A stretch of 64,000 nt of DNA from Camelus ferus. Its lineage: Eukaryota. Shown here in pieces: positions 1 through 12,104 of the stretch (within the stretch, counting starts at the first letter, position 1; the number at the start of each line of letters is the position of its first letter). Location: positions 116,500,001 to 116,564,000 of the forward strand of contig NC_045696.1 in assembly GCF_009834535.1 (NCBI RefSeq). Direction: 5' to 3'. The notes beneath the pieces are model-generated. The model did not search any database and had not been told where the DNA came from. It was given only the letters and a program-made list of their open reading frames with translations. The position numbers were made by a program, and so were the translations under genes.

Positions 1-609
1 TAAAATACTTAGGAATAAATCTGACCAAGGAGGTGAAAGACTTATACATGGGGAACTATAAGACACTGATTAAGGAAATTAAAGATGACTTAAAGAAATG
101 GAAAGATATCCCATGCTCTTGGATTGGAAGAATCAATATTGTTAAAATGGCCATGCTGCCCAAGGAAATCTACAGATTTAATGAAATCCCTATCAAATGA
201 CCCAGGACATTTTTCACAGAACTAGAACAAACAATCCTAAACTTTATATGGAATCACAAGAGATCCAGAATTGCCAAAGCAATACTGAGGAAAAAGAATG
301 AAGCTGGAGGAATAACCCTCCCAGACTTCAGACAATACTACAAAGCTACAGTAATCAAAACAGCACAATACTGGTACAAAAACAGACATATGGATCAACG
401 GAACAGAATAGAGAGCCCAGAAATAAACCCACAGAACTATGGTCAATTAATCTTCAACAAAGGAGGCAAGAACATACAATGGAAAAAGACAGTCTCTTCA
501 GCAAGTTGTACTGGGAAAACTGGACAGCTGCATGTAAACCAATGAAGCTAGTACACTCCCTCAGTCTATACACAAAAATAGACTCCAAATGGCTTAAAGA
601 CTTAATAAA
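1..609 (+). mobile_element. LINE-1 ORF2 fragment (post-RT region), inactivated; runs off the window start and ends abruptly without a 3' UTR
   Basis: Frame from nt 3 reads [15 protein letters not shown]...[17 protein letters not shown], typical L1 ORF2p. There is a premature TGA at 198-200 and a 1-nt frameshift near 483-487 into [13 protein letters not shown]...KWLKDL. Confidence 0.95.
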
Positions 610-859
610 TATTTCCCACATATTTACTCAGCATTTCCTCTGTTTATGGACCTGTGCTCAGGGCTGGGGATACAGTGGTAAGATGCTCTCATGGGGAAAG
701 TGGGTATTAAAGGAGGAAATTCCAATAAAGCATGATTATCATGGTCAGAGTAGAAGTGCTGCTCCTTCTTGTGGCAGAGCATTTGTGACTTCCACCCTGA
801 TGGCATGTTCCTCGTTGTACAGGAAGCTTCCGTCCCTCTCACTGGACAGTGCTCCCCAA

Positions 860-960
860 AGGGTCTCATTTACTGGTGTGTATCCCCAGCACACAGTCCA
901 GTATCTGGCCCATAGGAGCCTAATAAGAATTTATGGAATGAACAAATGCTCTATGAATAT
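860..960 (+). mobile_element. L2 3' end fragment
   Basis: gtatccccagcac...ctggcccataggagcctaataagaatttatggaatgaacaaatg resembles the L2 tail. Confidence 0.6.
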
Positions 961-1084
961 TTCTAAACAAGTATTTTATTTCTTTCTTTATACCCATAAT
1001 ACTGAGCATATGGTTGTCCTGCAATAAATGGTAGTCTGTGAAATGTATGAATAGCCATGGTATTGTGAATAGCAGCTGTTGTGG

Positions 1085-1310
1085 GGAAAAATACTGAGCC
1101 AGGATGGAAGGGGAGGCGGGAATTAAGACCTCCTTCTGCCATATACTCACTGTAGTAAGTGGAGCTGAACACAACCAGTCTCTTAGATTCTGATTCCTCA
1201 CTTGTCAGGTGAACACAGTAATGCCTGCCCTGCCTCCTCTGCAGACTGACTGACCGTATGCAATGCCCTCACATAGAAGTACTCGTAAAGTACCTACACA
1301 CCTGATGACC
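1085..1310 (+). mobile_element. MIR SINE, degraded
   Basis: ctgattcctcacttgtcaggtgaacacagtaatgcctgccctgcct resembles the MIR core. Confidence 0.5.
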
Positions 1311-1526
1311 TAGCACATGCTTGGGGCAGAGAGGAAAGGCCCTTTAGTACAAACGAGGGACCTGGCATCACTTTTCTCTGAGAAGCTCCTGGAAGGTAAA
1401 GTGCTTTCTGTCCTGAATATTTACCATGCTCCTTGACAAATTTTCTACTGCTCCAAATCCTTTCTCAATCTCCTTCTTCCTCAATATCAAAAAGAAATGT
1501 CAGTCTTTTGGTCTTTTTCCCTTGGC

Positions 1527-2340
1527 GTTTTATATTGAAAAATATAAAACCGACAGAAAAGTTGAAAATACATTGTAATAAATATCTTATACCTTTGATC
1601 TAGATCACCAGTTAACCTTTGGCCACATCTGCATACTCTTTCCTCTGTCTCTGAGTGTGTTTAAGTTATCTCTGTACATGCACCTGAGTGTAGGAGAGTA
1701 AGTTTCACACAGCACGACACCTCTCCCCTGTGTACTTAGACTAACATCCCTACATAACTGCGATACAATAATCACACTCAAGAAAAGTAACTTAGATAAT
1801 TTAATTCGATATTATTATTTAATATACAGTTCACATTCAAGTCTCTCCAACTATCCCAACATTACTTTTTTGTTTGTTAAACCAAGGATCATGCAATCTG
1901 TTCGTAGCTGTGCCCCTTAATCGCTCTCTTTTTTTTGTTTGACATTTTCAAATTATCCAGGCTAATGTCCCTGAATTTGGATTCATTGGATTGTTTCCTT
2001 ACGGTTATATCTGTGTTAGACATTTCTGGCAAAAGTTAATTCATAAGTCATGATGAGTTCCTCTTGGGGTGTGTCATCGACAGGCATGTGACAGTCTGTC
2101 CCATTACTGGGGATGGTAAATTTGATCACTCCGGTTAGGGGATGTCTGCCAGGTGTTGTCCTTGTAAAGGCCACCTTTTTGCACTGTCATCAGGAAGTGA
2201 CCTATGGAGCAACACTTTGAGACTAAGAGATTCTCTCCAGCTCCAACCTTTTACCCAGTGGTTTTAGCATCTGTTGATGGGCTGGACCAGAATCAGATCT
2301 GATAATAGCGGATGCAGATGCCCTTGTCTATTATTGTCAA
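1527..2340 (-). mobile_element. Ancient L1 3' end (L1MC4/5-like)
   Basis: ttttatattgaaaaatataaaaccgacagaaaagttgaaa...gtcccattactggggatggtaaatttgatcac...cccagtggttttagcatc matches antisense L1MC 3' UTR motifs. Confidence 0.7.
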
Positions 2341-3059
2341 GTGGGCACTGAGGGCGTAGAATACTGACTTTAAGTCTTGATGGTTGGGGTGAGAGAGGCA
2401 GGGACGAAACTCCGGGGGAAACACAGTGGTCCATGGAGGGAGGCCACGTGGCAGCGTGAAGACCCATGAGGGATGGAGGCTGAAATACTGTGGGGAAATC
2501 AGTCTTTCCTGACTTTGGAAATTTGGCCTGAAGGCAGCTTTGGTAGAGACCATGGTTTGTATTTTATTTATGTCTTTTAAATCAGAAGTGACTCTCTTGG
2601 TGACAGACCTTGGATTCTGAAGGTTGTAGAACTGGCCATCTGGCTAGGGCTGAATCCTGGAAACTAAATAGTAAAAAGGGAGAGAGTGATGCTTCTGAGC
2701 AGATCCCCCTGCCAGCCGGCAGGTGGGATATCAGAGAAGAGTGTGGCGGGCTTCAAGTGAGAATCCTGTTAAGCATGAAGATTTAGTGAGCTGTGAGGGA
2801 GCTGGCAGGAGGGTGGAGCAGATGATGGGGGTCTTTGACAGCTGCTTATGCCTGGACACCAGGGAGGCAGATAAACAGCAGGTGTCTCAAGTGTCCAGCT
2901 GCACATAGCATTGTCACAGGCCCCTAGTCCTAGAATCTAGGGTACAGAGTAGACACTGGAACTCAAAATAGAAAAGGCAGAAACAAAGTAAAAAAAAAAA
3001 ACAAAGAAACAGGGGCTCAGTGCCATAGGATAATAACCTCGGTCAGTATTACTGGGAGT

Positions 3060-3220
3060 CTGCTCTGCCCAACACTTTATATACCATGAAGTAGCTATTA
3101 TCTTTATTTTACTAATGGAAACAGACACAGGGAGATTAAGGAGTTTGCCTGAGACAACACAGTGGCAGAGCAAGGATTCAAATGCAGTTTAACTCCAAAT
3201 CCAGGGCTCTAAACCACAAT
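3060..3220 (-). mobile_element. MIR SINE
   Basis: attttactaatggaaacagacacagggagattaaggagtttgcc...ggattcaaatgcag...ctctaaaccac. Confidence 0.7.
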
Positions 3221-3774
3221 GCTTGTACGTGGTCCCTGGGCACAAAGAGCTTAGAGTCTGGAGAATAATATGCTCACAACTAAGAAAAGTCTAGCAGGAC
3301 TGGCTTGCTGAGCAGTAATGGAACTAGGGGTCCCAGAGACTAAGAAACCTGGATCTCATCCTGGGCTTTGAGGGGTCCGAGGCTCACTTGGGTGTCCAGC
3401 TCGGGGCTCATGACTGCTCTACATGTCCTCACCCCAAATAAATAATGGCATCGTGTTAGGGAAAACCAGAGGATGTGGCTGGTGAGCTGAGGTCCACGCA
3501 GATCAGCACCGATGCATGCCCGTTGTTCACGGCAGGTGGAGGAGGCTTTCCCGCCAAAGGGTCGGGTGGAGAATTAGGGGAAGGCGAAAGGCAGGAAGTG
3601 ACTGAGAGGTAAAAGAAGGATGAAATAGAGGTCTGAAGGATCCGGGAGGTGTGTTTCTAAGTCTTGTGGCATTACATATGAAACTTCATAGTCTAGTTGA
3701 TTGGAAAAGGAAGTGGGTCAAATGGGCCATGATCTTGACAGCATGTCTATCAGGTTATGCTGCAAAGGAGTTAC

Positions 3775-4900
3775 CTCATTCATTCCAACCTTCCATCACG
3801 CCATTCATTCCTTTAATTAATATTAAATGAACACCTACTATTCAATCAAGCTTTGTGCAAGGCTCTAGGATTGCAATGATAAGAAAAATAAGGTCTCATG
3901 TTCTGGTCTTCAGAGCTCATGGTCTAGTAAGGGAAGTAGATTTAACCTCACGATGGACACAAAGCTGAAATCACAATGATGACAAGTGAGAAAACTGTGA
4001 CTGGAGCTGCACAGAATACCAAGAAAGCCTCTAACTGGGGAATTCAAACCTCAGGATTCCATCAAAACTTAGAGGGGGTTCTTAAATGATGCATGGTTAT
4101 TCTATGTACCACCAAGAAGAAAACCATCCATGATGGAAATCTTAAAAGGAAACTCCAAATGAAGCTGGGCTACCCCAGTAAAAGGGCAAACGAGAAATCA
4201 GTGATCTGACAGAAAAGGACAGCAAGGGAACTCACTTGTCACAACCTTGGCACTGAGTTGAAGGAGGAAAATAAAACTCCCCGCGAGTTCCAATGTCAAC
4301 GTCAACGTTTCAGTGCTTAATGGTTTTCCATTTGAATTCACATAAATGATACGTCCAAAAAGCTCAAGCAGAGAATTTAAAGTAATTTCAAATTGGTAGT
4401 TTCCTAAGATGACTGGCAGAGGCAAATGCAATTCTTGTTGGAAGAATTTGACTTTAATCTGGGCCAAGAGTGCTTGCGAGACTCCACTGACTTGTAGGAC
4501 ACACTCATCTCAGAGAGTCTGAAGTACTGAAGAAACTGAGATTGAGGCTGAGGTCTGAAAGATGCACAGGCTTGGTGAGGAGGAGGGAAGAGAGTCCTAG
4601 CCAGGGGCATGAGCACACAGAAAGGGCCCTGAGGACAGGGGGGCACAGGGAGGACAGAGAACAGGAGGGCTGGGTGTGCGGAGTGGAGACGGAGGGGCAT
4701 GGTGGTGGGTCAGGCGGGAGAAGCAGGCTCAGGTGAGACCCCATAGGGTGTTGTAGCCATGTGAAGGAACTCTGTCCAGATCTGAAGGGAAATGGGGAGA
4801 CTAAAAAGATTCTGAACGGAGAGTTTGAGAGAGTCACATTTGGGTTTAGAAACAGTAATTTTGGTTGCAGTAAGAAAAATGGATTGAGGGTGAATGGAAA
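3775..4900 (-). mobile_element. L2 fragment, split by an unrelated ~450-nt segment at about 4050-4500
   Basis: cattcattc...aatgaacacctact...ctctaggattgcaatgataa is the antisense L2 tail. L2-like sequence resumes at ~4505 with gaggtctgaaagatg...gtcacatttgggtttagaaa. Confidence 0.7.
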
Positions 4901-4927
4901 CTTAGTGGATGGTGCCTGTAGTCTAAC

Positions 4928-5061
4928 TTTTTTTTTTCTTTTGTAGGAGGGAGGTAATTGTGTTTGTTTATTTATTTTGATGGAGGTACTGGGGACTGAA
5001 CCCAGGGCCTCATGTGTGCTGGGCACGTACCCTACCACTGAGCTATACCCTCCCCTCTCCA
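4928..5061 (-). mobile_element. tRNA-Ala-derived SINE (camelid vic-1-like)
   Basis: Reverse strand reads GGGGAGGGTATAGCTCAGTGGTAG...GGTTCAGTCCCCAGTACCTCCA plus an AT-rich tail. TSD TAGTCTAAC at 4919-4927 and 5062-5070. Confidence 0.9.
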
Positions 5062-5818
5062 TAGTCTAACCTTTAGGCGTGACTATCTTCTTAGAAGGAA
5101 GGATAACCCAGAAAGACTGAGGATTACTTTGGACTTAACTGACCGAAAGGGAACAGTCCTCAGACGTGGCAAGTTCAGAGAGAGTCAGCACGCCAGGACA
5201 TCTGCAGGTGATGGGTAACCTGGGGAAGGACCCTGCTAGACTCTACAGGTGTGCTTGGCTTTCTCATAATATATCTTGTGACACATCATTTGCCACTTAT
5301 TTTTTTGTCCTCAAGAGAGCTGCCAAGAAGCTACAAGTTTTTGAAAGATTTTCACAGCACAGATGATAATGTTTTCCTTAAATTCTCACCTGTCTTACTT
5401 TTTAATGAAAATCTACTGAAATCCAGTAACTTGGGACTGCTTCTATACTCAGAGAAAGGCAGCGTGTAGTCTCAGTGGTTCAGTTTGCTGTGGTCGGTCT
5501 TTCTGCAGATGCCTCCTATTTGGCTTTTTCTATGGAATTCTTTATCTTTAAACTCTCAGTATAGCATTAGGAAAGGGTGACTCCCAATACTTAAAAGAGA
5601 TTTAAAATTCTGCTTTATAGATAAGCATAAAATTATATAAACATGCCTTAATGGGATCATATCACACATAGTGGGGTTTTATTTAGTAACATTATATTTT
5701 TCTCATTTTCTGTTTAACTTAATTCCCTCTATCACCTAGCCATGACTCTGTACCCACCTTCCACCAGTAACTCCTGACATTTATTTTAATTTGTGTAATG
5801 AAAACATATACAGAGCTA

Positions 5819-6274
5819 CATATATAAATGGCATACTGTTCAGCCATAAAAAAGTATGAAATAATGCCATTTGCAGCAACATGGATGGACCTAGAGATTA
5901 TTATGCTAAGTGAAGGAAGTCAGACAGAGAAGGACAGATGATATGTGATATCATTTATATGTGGAATCTAAAAAAAATGACACAAATGAATTTATTTACA
6001 AAGCAGAGACAGACTCACAGACATAGAAAACAAACTTATGGTTACCAAAGGGAAAAGGGATGGGGAAGGATAAATTAAGAGTTTGCGATCAGCAGATACA
6101 AACTACTATATACAAAATAGATACACAACAAGGTCCTACTGTATAGCACAGGGAACTATATTCAATAGCTTGTAATAATCTAAAATGAAACAGAATATAT
6201 ATAAAAAACTGAAATCACTTTGCTGTATACCAGAAACAACAACACTATAAATCAACTATACTTCAATAAAAAAA
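5819..6274 (+). mobile_element. 5'-truncated L1 (end of ORF2 + 3' UTR + poly-A), cetartiodactyl-type
   Basis: gccatttgcagcaacatggatggacctagag...actatacttcaataaa(A)n. Degenerate 18-nt TSD aaaacatatacagagcta (5801-5818) / aaaacttgtacagggcta (6275-6292). Confidence 0.93.
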
Positions 6275-6324
6275 AAAACTTGTACAGGGCTAATATGAGC
6301 TGGGCATGACAAGCTTCAGGAACT

Positions 6325-6735
6325 TGGTGACCCTCGTGGCTTTCTTTTCAGAATAGTGTCTTTAAATGCATAAAATAAAATGCCTAAGATTACAAAGTAA
6401 ATCAATTACATTGAAATTAAGTTATCAAATCTTAAAAATACTGTGATACATATGATATTTACTAACACATTAAATAAAAAGATCTAGTGTCAGGTCAAAT
6501 AACTGGCATATTTCAAAGTAATGATGAGCATAAGTGGTATTTTGAGATGTTTGCAACACCTCTGATGTGATATGAAAATATCTGTGATTCTATATGTAAC
6601 ACAGTCAGAGGTACTGCACACAGTACAGCAGTTTGTTGCCTACATTCCTAATTGAAGGAAGTGCTCAACTTCAGTTGGATGTTGTGAAAATACATTTCTT
6701 CTATTCAAGGATGTGCATCAACCCCAGGTTAAGAT
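6325..6735. mobile_element. hAT-Charlie-type DNA transposon fragment
   Basis: taaatgcataaaataaaat...acattaaataaaaagatctag...ccccaggttaaga; the terminus resembles Charlie ends. Homologous to 11400-11760 in the opposite orientation. Confidence 0.65.
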
Positions 6736-7919
6736 GACACCTTTTGGCAGAGGAGTTCCATTTCTGCTAAATGAACAAAGGATCTTGTATTCCTTGCATT
6801 CAGAGCTCATAAGAATGTAGTTTGGTCTTCAGGGAAATCACAGTTTCTGTTTGTCACGTTGGCGGAGGAACAAATGGGAATTGTGAAGGGTGCGGGAAGG
6901 ATGTGTGTTCTCGTGGAGAACCTGCTCTAATGGGACGTGGTGGGGCTCAGCATCGTGCTCACTGGACTCTGGGGAGCAGAGCTGGTTTAAACTAATAAAA
7001 AATCCAAGAAGCACAAACTTCTGAAAAATATTGGTTGAATTAATTTCACGTGCAAAGATAATGGGGCAAGCTGAATTCTCACAGAAAGCAAATACTTTTT
7101 TCATCTACTTGGAAAAATCTGAAGATGTCAGTGCCTTTATATCATACTTTTAAAAATGCCACTTTGGGAGGCTCAGATTCCAGCCTGGATGGGTCTAACA
7201 GTCTCGTCTGCCCTCAGACAAGAAGCTGATGATAGTGGGGAAGGAGCGATGCTACCTTCTCGGTAGAGCACCCTAATTTTGTTACCACTACGACAGAGCG
7301 AGACCTTCACATCCCTTGATTCTATCGTAAAGAAGCCTTGACAGTCTCAAATCAACCTCCTGATGTTTTAGACATAGATCTTTCTGCTCAGTGACTGGAG
7401 AACCCACAACTATGCTTTCACCATGCCTTTCAAACTCCTGTGACTGGGATGCTCAATCAAAATACCTCTTACATTGAAAGCCAGGACACGGCACTCATAC
7501 ATAGTGCAGATTTCACAAAACAATACTGACCTTTACTACATGGAATGAGCTGTTATTTTCTATTTCAGTTCATTTTATTTCATTATTTTTTTCTATTTAT
7601 TCCAGGTATTTTATATAGTTAAAGGTTCTACTTGGTTCCAAAAGGCATTTAAGATTGTAACTCCCGCTGAAATGTAAGGGTTTTGAAGAGGCTATTTGCC
7701 AGCAGAGGTTTTTTTCCAGAGACTTTTCAGAGCAGTGATTTTCAAATCAAGGGTTGGGATATTAATAAAGATTAAAGTTGAAAAAAATATATATATATAC
7801 ATACATGTACTTAATGTACATTTATTATATTACATTTATGTATGTATATATTTGTGTATGTGCACACACACTTTTTTCACATTTCACTGTATGTAAATTA
7901 GAGATACAGTATTAGGAAA

Positions 7920-8230
7920 AATTTAATAGATGAACCAATGGATATAGCTGAGAACTCAAGGTAAAGAAATTTCTCTTAGAACACTGCACAAAGGGATAAA
8001 GAGATAAATCAATGGAAAGTATGAAAATGAGGTTGGGAGAGAGAGAGAAAACAGATTTAGGAGGTGTAACATTCAGTTAATGGGAGTTTTAGGAGAAAAG
8101 CTAGTCTCTTGGAATGAGAAATGGAATGAAGGATATGCTCAGAGAAATAAAGGAAATTTCCTAGAACAGAAGACAGATGGAAAGGGCCAACTGAGAGATA
8201 TAAATACATACTTTACGTCCATATTTAGAC
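7920..8230 (+). mobile_element. Ancient L1/HAL1 ORF1-region remnant
   Basis: Purine-rich gataaagagat...aggaggtgtaacattcagttaatgggagtt...ggaaatttcctagaac...gaaagggccaactgag, typical of old ORF1 sequence. Confidence 0.5.
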
Positions 8231-8908
8231 TGACTGCAGTTATTAAAGAATAACAAAGCTGATGTAGAAATACTTATGTGTCAGACATGGTATTACACAC
8301 TGGGCACTATGTAGTATGGGCTGTGTGCTCAACACAAACTTCTGAGCGTTTTCTGTGCACCAGGCATTGTCAGAGATGATTAGTGACAGGTGTATGAAAG
8401 ATGACCGCTGCCATGAAGAAACTCTCTGTCTAGAAGGAGCAATAGACAGGTCAGTGGATAACTGCAGCTAAAGACCAAAAAACAGAACAACGGAGTATTC
8501 ACACACACAGATGGGTTGCACGAGAGTTAATTAGCCGGGCTAGGGCTAATTCATCCATCTGAAGAGAAAAATCTAAAGGGGCAAAAATAACACATAAAGA
8601 ATTTTTTTTTCCAGAATACAGTTCTTTAAATTGCTTTAGTAATAAGGTGTGGGCATGAAAGACTGGCAGCAGGGAAAACTCAGGTGTGAGGTGCCTTAGC
8701 TGCAGTCTAGTTACTCAGGTTAATGCGAGGTCACTGGAGTGATGCACAGAGGCCCAGACGGTTTTTGGAAAGCTTTCAATCACAAGCAATGATGAAGGCA
8801 ACCACAGACTAAGGGAACAGGTCTAACTATCTTTGGGCTTCTGTTGTATCTTTCAGGGAAAGACCAAAGAATTTATGTAGAATTTTCAGGGAAGAATATA
8901 TTATTTCT

Positions 8909-9207
8909 CTTTTTTTAAAAATTGAAGTACAGTTAATCTGCAATGTTGTGATAATTTCTGGTGTACAGTAAAGTGATTCAGTTACACATATATACATAAC
9001 TACTGTTTTTCAGACTCTTTTCCATTATAGATTATTACAAGATAATGAATGTAGTTCCCTGTGCTAGACAGTAGGTCCTTGTTTATCTATTTTACATATA
9101 GTAATTTGTATCTGCATATCCCAAACTCCTAATTTATCCCTCCTCCTCCTATTTCCCCTTTGGTAACCATAAGTTTGTTTTCTGTGTCTGTGGATCTATT
9201 TCTGTTT
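8909..9207 (-). mobile_element. 5'-truncated L1 3' UTR
   Basis: tttt-aaaaattgaagtacagtt...ggtaaccataagtttgttttct. Perfect 16-nt TSD AGAATATATTATTTCT at 8893-8908 and 9208-9223. Confidence 0.95.
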
Positions 9208-9812
9208 AGAATATATTATTTCTTAATAGAAGTGCTTTGACTTGACCTTTTATAGCTTCTATCTACAGAAAGAATAGAAAACAGGTGGCTTGGGTTGGTA
9301 ATAAACGTGGAAAACCCTTTTGTGGCTGAAATCTGTAAGTGAGATGACGTTGGGCTAACATTTTGTTACTTAGCAGTCGATTTCTCAAAGAAAGATAACT
9401 TGATACTGAAGGTAATTTCAAGTTTCATAAAATAATTTGACTGGAGACAAATATCTCCAATCAATTTATGCAAGGAGCCAGAGACATTAACTGAGTAAAC
9501 TGCAGGATTTGGATGAAATTGAAACAATGAGGCTATTCCACTGGCAGCAGCTTGTTACATAGATCCTAGAAATACTGGTCTTATCACTACTCATACTTGT
9601 GGGAAAATGCTAAAACTAGCTGTATTGGATTCTACCTTCCTAAAATGGGTTCCCATGGTGGTTACATGTGACAGGGTGACATGGCGAAGAGAAGAGGTGA
9701 AATGAGCTGGTGAAGGGTTGTACCTTCATAGTCCAATCCGACTTCAGAAAGCAAATGCACAACTGATTTTTAATAACATAAATAAAATTCTACCATTTCG
9801 CCTTGTGGCATT

Positions 9813-9993
9813 TATTTATTTATTTTAAAACATTTCTCTTTCTTTTCCAAAAAAGTGTTTATTATTTTTTAATTTTTATTTTTAGAGGGGGTAATAAGGT
9901 TTATTTATTTTTAATGGCAGTACTGGGGATTGAACTCAGGACCTTGTGCGTGGTAAGCAGGCACTCTACCACTGAGCTATACCCTCCCCCTCA
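9813..9993 (-). mobile_element. tRNA-Ala-derived SINE (camelid vic-1-like)
   Basis: gtactggggattgaactcagg...ctctaccactgagctataccctcccc. TSD CCTTGTGGCATT at 9801-9812 and 9994-10005. Confidence 0.92.
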
Positions 9994-10949
9994 CCTTGTG
10001 GCATTGATGACTGAAATAGAGGACTGCTTGTGGAGACTCTAAGGTCTGCGTTTTATCTCCATGTACCAACCGTCTCCCTAGGAGGCTTCCACCTTGGGAT
10101 GTAGACTGTGTTAGCCATTTCCACCTTACCCAGGAGAAGCTGGTCACATTATCTAGGTTAGAAAACAGAAAGTGGGCTATCATGTGACAGAGGACAGGTA
10201 GGTTTGTTAAGAAGCAGGAGTGCAGGATACAAACGTGAGACAATTCTTTGGGAAACACTATAGAACAAAATTGTGAATTTGCCTTTCAGTATGATCTCCT
10301 CTTTCTGAACAATGTCTTCTTTCCACAGTCAGTACACTCTACAATCTCATGCTACTTAATTTACGATCAATTAATTCATACAAATAGGTAGCAATGTGGT
10401 TGCCTTCTTGAAAGCATATATGCCTTTAAAAACGTGCTAGTTTAATTCAAGAAGTGTATTGCTAATAGGGACATTCAAGGCTATGGGGAAAGAAGCATTG
10501 TAAGGAGATCTGGGGAAGGCCAACCATAGACACTTAGCTGGAATCCCTCGTAGGTAGAGGGAAGTTCAAAGGGACAGGGAAGCTGTGTGTTTTGGGGGTG
10601 GGGTGGAGAGTAGGAACAGAAGAGATAAAAATGCTGGATACCAATGGATGCAAGTGGGGAGAAGGTAAACCAGGGTGATGAGGTTGGAAAAATAATTAGC
10701 TTTAGCTCTGCAGACCATCTGATAACTTCTATCTTCAAACTTCAGAAGGACAAGGACACTCCATTCCCATTTTGTGATGCGCAGTTTGGGTTCCAGAGTG
10801 TGTTAATTCTAGGCTTGGAGCAGATCCACGAAGCCTTTGGAAAAGAGGCCAGGCTTCCCTCAAATTCAATCTTATCTTCTCAGTCTTGAGTCCTGGCGCT
10901 TTTCAACCAAGTGTCCTTTTGGTATTCCAATCAGGAACATTTTAAAAAA

Positions 10950-11168
10950 ACTTTTTTATTGCGGAAATTTTCAAATAGACACAAATGTGGAGAGAAGAGT
11001 AAAATGAACCTTATGCACATGCTTTGCCCAATTTCAACAATCGTTAGCATTGTTGGTCTTGTTCCTTCTATTCCCACGTAATAACTCCCCTCAGTCCTCT
11101 TTTTAAGCTAAAATATTCTGAGGCAAATTCTAGGAAGTATGTTATTTTACCTGTAAATACTTCAGTAA
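10950..11168 (-). mobile_element. Ancient L1 3' end (L1MC/L1ME-like)
   Basis: ttttttattgcggaaattttcaaatagacacaaatgtggagagaagagtaaaatgaac...cctgtaaatacttcagta. Confidence 0.65.
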
Positions 11169-11179
11169 AAGCATGGCCA

Positions 11180-11375
11180 TCTTATAGAGAACAAACTACT
11201 GGTTACCAGAGGGGACAGGAAAGGGAGGGGCAATATAGGGGTAGGGGAAAGAAAAGCGTTATTATGGGATTATATGAAATCACGTGTGTGAAACTTTTGA
11301 AAATTGTAAAGCATTAGAGAATTTAAAGAATCTTTCATTCAGTAAAAGACTCCATTTACACAAGTTAAAAAAGAA
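11180..11375 (+). mobile_element. L1 3' UTR fragment
   Basis: agagaacaaactactggttaccagagggg...gtgaaacttttgaaaattgtaaagcattagagaatttaaagaatctttcattca, followed by an A-rich tail. Confidence 0.75.
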
Positions 11376-11399
11376 GAAATCATCTTTCTTTCATATTAT

Positions 11400-11760
11400 A
11401 CTTGTTTCAGATACTCAAATTATCCTTAATACTCACCATTACTTTAAAATTACAGTTGTTAGGCGGAGGGTACAGCTCAGTGGTAGAGCATGTGCTTAGC
11501 GTGCATGAGGTCCTGGGTTCAATCCTCAGTACCACCATATAAACAAATAAATACCTAATTATCCCCCTAAATAATAAATTAAATAAAATTTTAAAAAATC
11601 TCAGTTGTTATTAGAGCCACTACTAGATCTTGTTATTTAATGCATTAGTAATAAAGCACATACTTCACCATCTAACATTTTTAAAATGATTTGACAGTTG
11701 TGTTTATCACTGATCTTCTTTGTTGTCAAATTTTTGTCATGCATTTTGAAGTATTAATAT
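11400..11760. mobile_element. hAT-Charlie-type fragment interrupted by a SINE
   Basis: Reverse complement (cattaaataacaagatctagtag...tttaaagtaatggtgagtat) aligns by eye to 6465-6560. Confidence 0.6.
11462..11598 (+). mobile_element. tRNA-Ala(AGC)-derived SINE (camelid vic-1-like)
   Basis: A-box-like CAGCTCAGTGG, B box GGTTCAATCC (11516-11525) and AT-rich tail. TSD core CAGTTGTTA at 11453-11461 and 11602-11610. Confidence 0.92.
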
Positions 11761-11814
11761 TCAATTAAGTTAATATTTTAATATTTTTCTTACTAGAGTT
11801 GACCTTTGTTCCAG

Positions 11815-12058
11815 TCTAGAATAAGAGTAGAGACAGAAAGAAGAGTTGTAGTTGCCTAGGGGTGGGGAGGGGTGTAGAGATGGACACGAATGGCATGAGA
11901 TTTCTTTTTGAAATGATGGAAATGTTCCATATTAGATTGTGGTAATGGTTGTATAATTCTGTAATGTAATAAAAATTATTGAGTTGTACATATAAAATGA
12001 GGGAATTTTGTGGCATGTAAATTAGCCCTCAATAGAGCTGTTTACAGAAGAAAAAAAT
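11815..12058 (+). mobile_element. L1MB-like 3' end
   Basis: gacagaaagaagagttgtagttgcctagggg...gatggaaatgttcc...gtaaattagccctcaatagagctgtt. Confidence 0.75.
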
Positions 12059-12104
12059 CATAGCCATCTTAATAATCATATACATAGCTATGAGGATAAA
12101 ATAA

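Noticed and set aside
479..1027. 182-aa ORF
   Set aside because: The first ~43 aa are frameshifted L1 ORF2; the rest is read-through into L2 and flank.
4505..5062. 185-aa minus ORF, the longest in the track
   Set aside because: It is made of a SINE plus pyrimidine-rich L2 sequence, where stops are naturally rare.
10128..10150. ~23-nt minus exon-like segment (ttttctaacctAG...TGG|GTAAGG), with similar ones near 4236-4252 and 24816-24838
   Set aside because: Short splice-site pairs are expected by chance in 64 kb. They show no recognisable peptide and no consistent chain; one needs a GAG acceptor.
11466..11537. tRNA-Ala(AGC)-like cloverleaf
   Set aside because: It has two acceptor-stem mismatches, C at position 8, an AT-rich SINE tail and a TSD. 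It is a SINE head, not a tRNA gene.
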